The position numbers and the translations under genes were made by a program. Positions 58,877 through 64,000 of a stretch of DNA of 64,000 bases are shown here, one piece after another (within the stretch, counting starts at the first letter, position 1; each line of letters opens with the position of its first letter). The notes below the pieces were generated by a model that had not been told where the DNA came from, did not search any database, and saw nothing but the letters and a program-made list of their open reading frames with translations. Origin of the DNA: an uncultured candidate division Zixibacteria bacterium (lineage in GTDB: Bacteria; Zixibacteria; MSB-5A5; UBA10806); the NCBI GenBank assembly GCA_963817915.1, contig CAWFQL010000017.1, positions 352,001 to 416,000 on the forward strand. The letters run 5' to 3'.

Positions 58877-60042
58877 GACCGCGCCCGAATAATCCGTCGA
58901 TAAGGCTTTTGGTATTATTGGCTCTCTTTTCGCTCGTGATTTTTTATTTGGCCGAAGGCACTCTGCAAAAAAAGCCGGCGCCGCATTGGGAACTAAAAAA
59001 CAGAGCAGCGATTTTAGATCAACGAGCGCAGGACGTAATCAGAGAAGAGGTCAAAAAGCTCGGAATCGCCATTGATTATGAGAATGATCCTAATGGAACC
59101 GGCCTTATAGGCGAACAAAATACACTAATTACTACAGATGTTGGCGAACTCCGCAGCAAGCTGGCCGCGACAAATCCCAATTTTGCGGCAGTTTTTGTGC
59201 AGATGCTTAAGGATGCCAATGTTAAACGAGGCGACAAAATTGCAGTCTGTATGTCGGGCTCATTTCCCGGCGCGAATATTGCCTTGTTCAGCGCCTGCCA
59301 GGTGATGGGGATTGAACCAGTCGTTATTACTTCGCTTGGATCATCTACCTGGGGTGCGAATAGTCCCGCTCTGACCTGGATTGATATGGAAAGGCTATTA
59401 TATAATGAAAAGATATTTTCATTCCATTCCGTGGCCGCGTCGTTCGGCGGCGGAAATGATAACGGGCGCGGGCTTTCCGTAAAAGGACGAATGCTTCTAC
59501 ATGAATCAATCAAACGGGATAACATGCCTCTGATTTTCAGCGGCAATCTCGATAGTCTTTTCCAATCCGGTGGAACACTCAGGCAAAATATCGATAAACG
59601 TATGGAGATATTCGATCAGTATAAAAAGGGAATAGAGTATGCCGCTTATGTTAATATAGGAGGCGGTCTGGCATCCCTGGGTTCGTCCCAAAATGGCAGG
59701 CTGATTCCGTCGGGCGTTAATTTCGATCTTTTCAATAAAAATTTCCCTGTTCGAGGCATTATCAATATGATGGCCGAACGGAAAATCCCGGTTATTCATG
59801 TTCTAAGACTGACCGAAATCGCTCACCAGTACGGTTTGTCTCGCGATATTGTTCCAGCGCCGATTGTTGGCGAAGACAAAATATTTTTCAAAGATGAATA
59901 TTCCATAGTTCTGACAACCATCTATGCTTTTGTCTTGATAGCTTTTGTTGTGATCGCAATAAGATTCGATGTTAAATACTATATTAAAAAACAAACCAGA
60001 GTGTTTTTCCCCCCGCGGAAAGAAGAAGATCCGGAGATGTAA
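58873..60042 (+). CDS. pgsW: Poly-gamma-glutamate system protein (PgsW-type)
   Basis: ATGA overlap with capC; N- and C-terminal TM helices; 'DPNGTGLIG', 'ITT..G.L.SK..ATNPNFAA', 'SGSFPGAN', 'SLGSSTWGAN', 'YVNIGG', 'IPVIH'. Confidence 0.8.
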   Translation: MRPRPNNPSIRLLVLLALFSLVIFYLAEGTLQKKPAPHWELKNRAAILDQRAQDVIREEVKKLGIAIDYENDPNGTGLIGEQNTLITTDVGELRSKLAATNPNFAAVFVQMLKDANVKRGDKIAVCMSGSFPGANIALFSACQVMGIEPVVITSLGSSTWGANSPALTWIDMERLLYNEKIFSFHSVAASFGGGNDNGRGLSVKGRMLLHESIKRDNMPLIFSGNLDSLFQSGGTLRQNIDKRMEIFDQYKKGIEYAAYVNIGGGLASLGSSQNGRLIPSGVNFDLFNKNFPVRGIINMMAERKIPVIHVLRLTEIAHQYGLSRDIVPAPIVGEDKIFFKDEYSIVLTTIYAFVLIAFVVIAIRFDVKYYIKKQTRVFFPPRKEEDPEM

Positions 60043-60043
60043 T

Positions 60044-60955
60044 ATGAAGCGATTTGTGTTGATGAATATTATTTTCCTGTTTTTGGCTGCAAGCCTATCT
60101 TTTGGCGCGCCTAAAAAGACTGTAAAGTATCACGCGTTTGCGCCTCGAGGTGTAGGAAAGGCCGTATTCTTGAAAGCGGGTGCCAAGAGCTATGGGTATT
60201 TCGAGGTTGTCAAGGGTAAGACCATTGATTTCGAATTAATGGGACCTACCAAGATCAAAATTACAAGCAGAGCCGAATTACGTCCCAATTCCAAAAATTC
60301 CGAATATCAGATGCAAATTTGGGAAGGTGATAGTCTTAGGGTAGGGCGTAAAGCTAAAACTGTGAAATCGGATGTGATAATCGAAGGGCAAAAACTTGAA
60401 ATTGGGCTGGGCCGTTCAGTTGAATTAAGTGTCCCCAAAGGAAAGCATGTTTATCGTCTATGGTTTACCTCTGATAATACTGATAAGTACTATGTCCGTT
60501 TTTATCAGGAAGTGAAGACGAAAAAATCATCCAGCATGTTATCTTACAGGCCGCTTGAGTTTAAGAAAAAAGTTACCTTGCCGGTAAATAAAAAATCCAC
60601 CACATATTATTTGGTCGATACAACAGGCGGAGTTTCGGTGACAGTTGTCGGGCCCACCGATCTTATCATATATTGCCGGGTGAATTTCGATCAGAATATG
60701 AAAGGCAATAGCAAATTTACTCTCGAAGTCCTCGAATCCGGAAAAACAGTTACCCAGTTCTCGGAAATCGGCGCACTGGCTCCAAAGCTTTCCTATAAGG
60801 AAATGACAGAAATTATTCCGTCTGACCTTCATAAATTCACATTCAATGTGCCATCTGGAAAGCATATTTATACATTTAGGGAAATCAATTCATCGGCTCC
60901 CAGCCTGGCCGTTAGGTTCAAAATATCGAAAAACGGTATTGGGAAAAAATTATGA
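60044..60955 (+). CDS. Secreted Lys-rich protein made of two homologous beta-rich domains, function unknown
   Basis: Start ATG 60044, 1 nt after the pgsW stop; signal peptide MKRFVLMNIIFLFLAASLSFG; internal duplication with GPT, VP.GKH.Y and VRF each occurring twice. Confidence 0.75.
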   Translation: MKRFVLMNIIFLFLAASLSFGAPKKTVKYHAFAPRGVGKAVFLKAGAKSYGYFEVVKGKTIDFELMGPTKIKITSRAELRPNSKNSEYQMQIWEGDSLRVGRKAKTVKSDVIIEGQKLEIGLGRSVELSVPKGKHVYRLWFTSDNTDKYYVRFYQEVKTKKSSSMLSYRPLEFKKKVTLPVNKKSTTYYLVDTTGGVSVTVVGPTDLIIYCRVNFDQNMKGNSKFTLEVLESGKTVTQFSEIGALAPKLSYKEMTEIIPSDLHKFTFNVPSGKHIYTFREINSSAPSLAVRFKISKNGIGKKL

Positions 60956-60956
60956 T

Positions 60957-62030
60957 TTGGAATTATTCGTTGAAAAAAATCGGCTTGTATGTGTTGTCGC
61001 CTTTTTGATGGTTGGTATATTAATTTCTCCGGCAAACGCTCAGAAGAAAAAGAAGAGCTCGGCGAAAGCCTCAACGACGAAATTATTTTCACTGAATACT
61101 GATATCGGATTAGCTTACGACGATAATGTTATCAATTATTCCGAAGCCGATCTGGGGCTTATTGGTGATTCAACAAAAGCCGGCAAATTTGCCATCAAGT
61201 CAAAAAATGACTGGATAACTACTATTAAAATTCAGCCTCAGATCAAGAGCAAGCTTTTATTTGGCCGTACCGCCTGGGTTGATGCTTCCTTCGAATATTT
61301 TTTCTATTTTCGAAATGATGTCAGACGCTATTCGAAGCTTTCAATTAGCGGCCGCCAGTATGTTATTCCAGGCGGCTATGTTGACCTGACTTATGCGTAT
61401 GTGCCAAATTACTATTATCGCAATTACCTGAAAAACTCGATTTGGATGCAGGCAAAATTCAAGAAGCATTATATAAAGCTCGAAACAGGTTATCAGGTTA
61501 CGAAAGAACTCAAGGCTGATTTGGCTTATATTTTCCAAAATAGAATATTCAACAGCGAATTTACCGAGCGAAATACCAAATCCAACTTAGTAACTGCCGG
61601 CATTGATTATTTATTCACCAAGCAATTTAAGGCGTCAATAATCTACGATTTCGAAAGCGCAATCGCGAATGGAGCCAACAATCCGGATCCGAATGTTATA
61701 GATGTCTCTTATGACGCCTGGGATATATCATTGGGATTGAGACATTACAGCCCGCTATTTGGCCATACCAATCCCGAGGTTTACGGCGTTTTCCAATATC
61801 GTAAAATAAAATTTCAATCGATAAAAGTCCGAGATGAATTTCGATTCGGACGCAATGACAATAATTATCAATTTCGATTGGGCGCTTCCGCTCAACTATT
61901 TTATGGTGTCCGAACCGGTTTGGAATACAAAGCTCAGAAAAAGAGAGCCGACATGTTTTTTTCGTCGCGCGAACCTGAAATCAATTATAATTCCAATACA
62001 ATCTCGATCGATTTCAGCCGAACTTTCTAA
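60957..62030 (+). CDS. Outer-membrane beta-barrel protein
   Basis: Signal peptide ending 'SPANA'; alternating hydrophobic/aromatic strands; 'IGLAYDDNV'; C-terminal 'ISIDFSRTF'. Start is TTG 60957, or ATG 60952 if the A-run at 60973-60979 lacks a base. Confidence 0.75.
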   Translation: MELFVEKNRLVCVVAFLMVGILISPANAQKKKKSSAKASTTKLFSLNTDIGLAYDDNVINYSEADLGLIGDSTKAGKFAIKSKNDWITTIKIQPQIKSKLLFGRTAWVDASFEYFFYFRNDVRRYSKLSISGRQYVIPGGYVDLTYAYVPNYYYRNYLKNSIWMQAKFKKHYIKLETGYQVTKELKADLAYIFQNRIFNSEFTERNTKSNLVTAGIDYLFTKQFKASIIYDFESAIANGANNPDPNVIDVSYDAWDISLGLRHYSPLFGHTNPEVYGVFQYRKIKFQSIKVRDEFRFGRNDNNYQFRLGASAQLFYGVRTGLEYKAQKKRADMFFSSREPEINYNSNTISIDFSRTF

Positions 62031-62037
62031 TTGCAGC

Positions 62038-62066
62038 TTGACCTTATCCTAATTCGCCTATATATT
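62038..62066 (+). promoter_or_regulatory. Sigma70-type promoter of pcm
   Basis: TTGACC (62038-62043), 17 nt, TATATT (62061-62066). Confidence 0.6.
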
Positions 62067-62070
62067 TTTC

Positions 62071-62787
62071 TTGGAGGGAATTACCCGTTTTATGATTCCA
62101 TTTCTGATAATGTTTACCATGTTTTCCGAACCACTTGAATCGGGCAATTTTGAATTGCTCAGACTGAATATGGTGGCAAATCAATTAAAAAACCGCGGTA
62201 TCATTAATATTCCGGTATTGAACGCCATGTCGAAAGTGCCCAGACATCTCTTTGTGCCAAAAAAGGAGATAGACCAGGCCTACGATGACTGCCCTTTACC
62301 TATCGGATTTGATCAGACAATCAGCCAGCCTTATATAGTTGCCCTTATGACCGAAATGCTCGATCCGGAATCGGGACAGAAAATTCTCGAAATTGGCACT
62401 GGATCGGGATATCAAGCGGCAATACTGGCAGAGATAGTCGAATCAGTTTATTCAATTGAGATTATCTGTCCGCTTCTGGAGGTCGCTGATTCCACATTGA
62501 AATCATTAGGTTATTCGAATATTTATACTCGTTGCGGCGATGGATACGATGGCTGGTCTGAACATGCTCCTTTTGACGGCATCATAGTAACCGCCGCTCC
62601 TGAAAAAGTACCTCAACCTTTGCTCGATCAATTGAAAGAAGGCGGCAGATTGATCGTGCCTGTCGGTGATAGATTCCAATATCTCGAAATATATACTAAG
62701 AAGAACGGCAAAATATACAGGGAACGTGACATCGCTGTGCGATTCGTTCCCATGACCGGGAAGGCCGAAGAAGAGAAGGAAAAATGA
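62071..62787 (+). CDS. pcm: Protein-L-isoaspartate O-methyltransferase
   Basis: 'VPRHLFVP', 'AYDD.PLPIG.DQTISQPYIVA.M', 'LEIGTGSGYQAA', 'GDG..GW...APFD.I.VTAA', 'VRFVPM'. The start may instead be ATG 62092. Confidence 0.95.
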   Translation: MEGITRFMIPFLIMFTMFSEPLESGNFELLRLNMVANQLKNRGIINIPVLNAMSKVPRHLFVPKKEIDQAYDDCPLPIGFDQTISQPYIVALMTEMLDPESGQKILEIGTGSGYQAAILAEIVESVYSIEIICPLLEVADSTLKSLGYSNIYTRCGDGYDGWSEHAPFDGIIVTAAPEKVPQPLLDQLKEGGRLIVPVGDRFQYLEIYTKKNGKIYRERDIAVRFVPMTGKAEEEKEK

Positions 62788-63821
62788 GAAATCTAATTTA
62801 CGGGCTGATTGTACTATCGCTCGTTGCTTTAGGCTGTATTAATGAAGAAGTTGAATTTAACGGCAAGACTACGATCTTCGAAGATGGCAAAATATCAAGA
62901 CAGGGGCAAATTGCCATCATGCTTTCGGGCGAAAGAACAACCGCAAATGATTCCTTGACCGCGCTCGAATTTTTCAATGCCAACTTTATTAGTCCCGACA
63001 GCGCCGCTTATTCATATAGTCAGTCAATGAGTGATAGCACACTTCTGATCAATTGGAATGCGGATTTTAAGCCGAATTCAAGAATTATTCAGGATTACTC
63101 GCATGTTGGTACAAATGGTTCCAAGGCTGTTAATTCGATATCGCTGATTCCCAGCGATAAATGGTTTTTTAAAGATTACTCATATGAGGAAGCATATTCA
63201 GATCCTATCGATACCATTAAAGTATTCTCTCTTATTGATAGCGGTTTTACATCTGCGACCAAAGCGTTAAAGGCAGAACAAGCAATCAAGACGATCGATG
63301 ATTCTTCTAACGTAAGCAGAATATTGAACCACGCCCAGATGTCGGCTGGTATTAATCTATACAGGTTGTTTTTGCAGAAACCGGATTCTGCTGAATATTT
63401 GCTTCATTTTCTTGAAGTGGATTTGCATTCGCTTGCCGACAGCCTGGCCGACCTCTCGGGCAGCCGGTCGAATATTGGATTAATAGATAGCTTGTTGCTC
63501 TATTATTATGGGGCTTCAGCCGATGGCGTTTGGGACAAGATATTCGCCAACACCACCTGGCTTTTCGGTAGCTACGGTCTTGATGAAGGTGCGAAGAATA
63601 GATTTGCCATAGAACTTATATTTCCCGGCATCCTATTAAAATCAAATGCTGATGAAGTTAAAGGCAATTTATGCCACTGGCAATTTGGCAGTCAATCATT
63701 TCTTGGTAAAAAGAAACCTCTTGAAGCGTCTTTTCGAATTTGGTCTATCCCCAAGACGATTTTGGGTCTCATGATATTATTGATGGCGGTATATTTGGCG
63801 TTCAAGCCCGGCAAAAAGTGA
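62784..63821 (+). CDS. Hypothetical lipoprotein with C-terminal TM anchor
   Basis: Lipobox 'VALGC'; 'FPG....SNAD..GN...W' (LppM/DUF3153-like pattern); C-terminal hydrophobic helix followed by KPGKK. Confidence 0.65.
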   Translation: MRNLIYGLIVLSLVALGCINEEVEFNGKTTIFEDGKISRQGQIAIMLSGERTTANDSLTALEFFNANFISPDSAAYSYSQSMSDSTLLINWNADFKPNSRIIQDYSHVGTNGSKAVNSISLIPSDKWFFKDYSYEEAYSDPIDTIKVFSLIDSGFTSATKALKAEQAIKTIDDSSNVSRILNHAQMSAGINLYRLFLQKPDSAEYLLHFLEVDLHSLADSLADLSGSRSNIGLIDSLLLYYYGASADGVWDKIFANTTWLFGSYGLDEGAKNRFAIELIFPGILLKSNADEVKGNLCHWQFGSQSFLGKKKPLEASFRIWSIPKTILGLMILLMAVYLAFKPGKK

Positions 63822-63857
63822 TATTTAAAATAAGATAATGGTCAATTATCGAAATAA

Positions 63858-63883
63858 TGTAACCAATAGCTCCACTTTTCGTA
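63858..63883 (+). promoter_or_regulatory. ECF-sigma-type promoter upstream of the PspC gene
   Basis: TGTAAC (63858-63863), 16 nt, CGTA (63880-63883). Confidence 0.6.
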
Positions 63884-63915
63884 GTATACAGTGATGATAA
63901 AAGCCGGGAGGAAAA

Positions 63916-64000
63916 ATGGCAAAAAAAATGTACTTATCAACAACGGATAAAAAAATAGGCGGAGTCTGCGGCGGCCTGGCAGAATATTTCGATATTGATT
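63916..64000 (+). CDS. PspC-domain protein, truncated by the window end (absent from the ORF track)
   Basis: SD ggagg then [28 protein letters not shown], matching the PspC signature '[14 protein letters not shown]'. Confidence 0.88.
   Translation, partial: MAKKMYLSTTDKKIGGVCGGLAEYFDID

Noticed and set aside
1..64000. CRISPR arrays, tRNA/rRNA genes, IS elements, prophage or defence genes
   Set aside because: Intergenic gaps are short, and I saw no spaced direct repeats, tRNA cloverleaf with a T-loop motif, transposase, integrase or phage structural motifs.

Overview
Gene-dense bacterial chromosomal window, mostly on the + strand, from a diderm. T9SS/FlgD-type C-terminal domains, lipoproteins, an outer-membrane barrel and the yggS-divIVA-pnp-ileS-dksA-lspA-rluA synteny suggest a non-Bacteroidota FCB-group organism such as Zixibacteria (inference only). 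In order: (1) a PorZ-like propeller gene heading a GNAT / CE4 deacetylase / GT4 / GT2 / GT-C glycan operon whose first three genes mirror the Porphyromonas vimA-vimE-vimF cargo-anchor module, opposite a gingipain-like C25 peptidase with a sigma54-type promoter; (2) a dcw cluster from mraZ to ftsZ without murB or ddl; (3) a minus-strand M16 pair-NUDIX-yqgF-mltG operon; (4) MATE, a CheY-like regulator with a sigma28-type promoter, the yggS..rluA block, GT-C/TPR, HEAT-cyclophilin, NodIJ-like ABC and glmM-glmS; (5) an unusual four-HTH protein with three 49-aa Myb-like repeats, a multi-hairpin leader, holA and an ECF sigma/ZAS anti-sigma pair; (6) the best novelty candidate, a five-gene poly-gamma-glutamate operon (capB-capC-pgsW plus a basic tandem-domain secreted protein and an outer-membrane beta-barrel) that may encode an undescribed diderm gamma-PGA export route; (7) pcm, a lipoprotein and a truncated PspC gene with an ECF-type promoter. 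Several single-base frameshifts, including in essential murD, look like sequencing indels. No rRNA, tRNA, CRISPR array or transposase was seen. All family calls come from motif recognition, not database searches.
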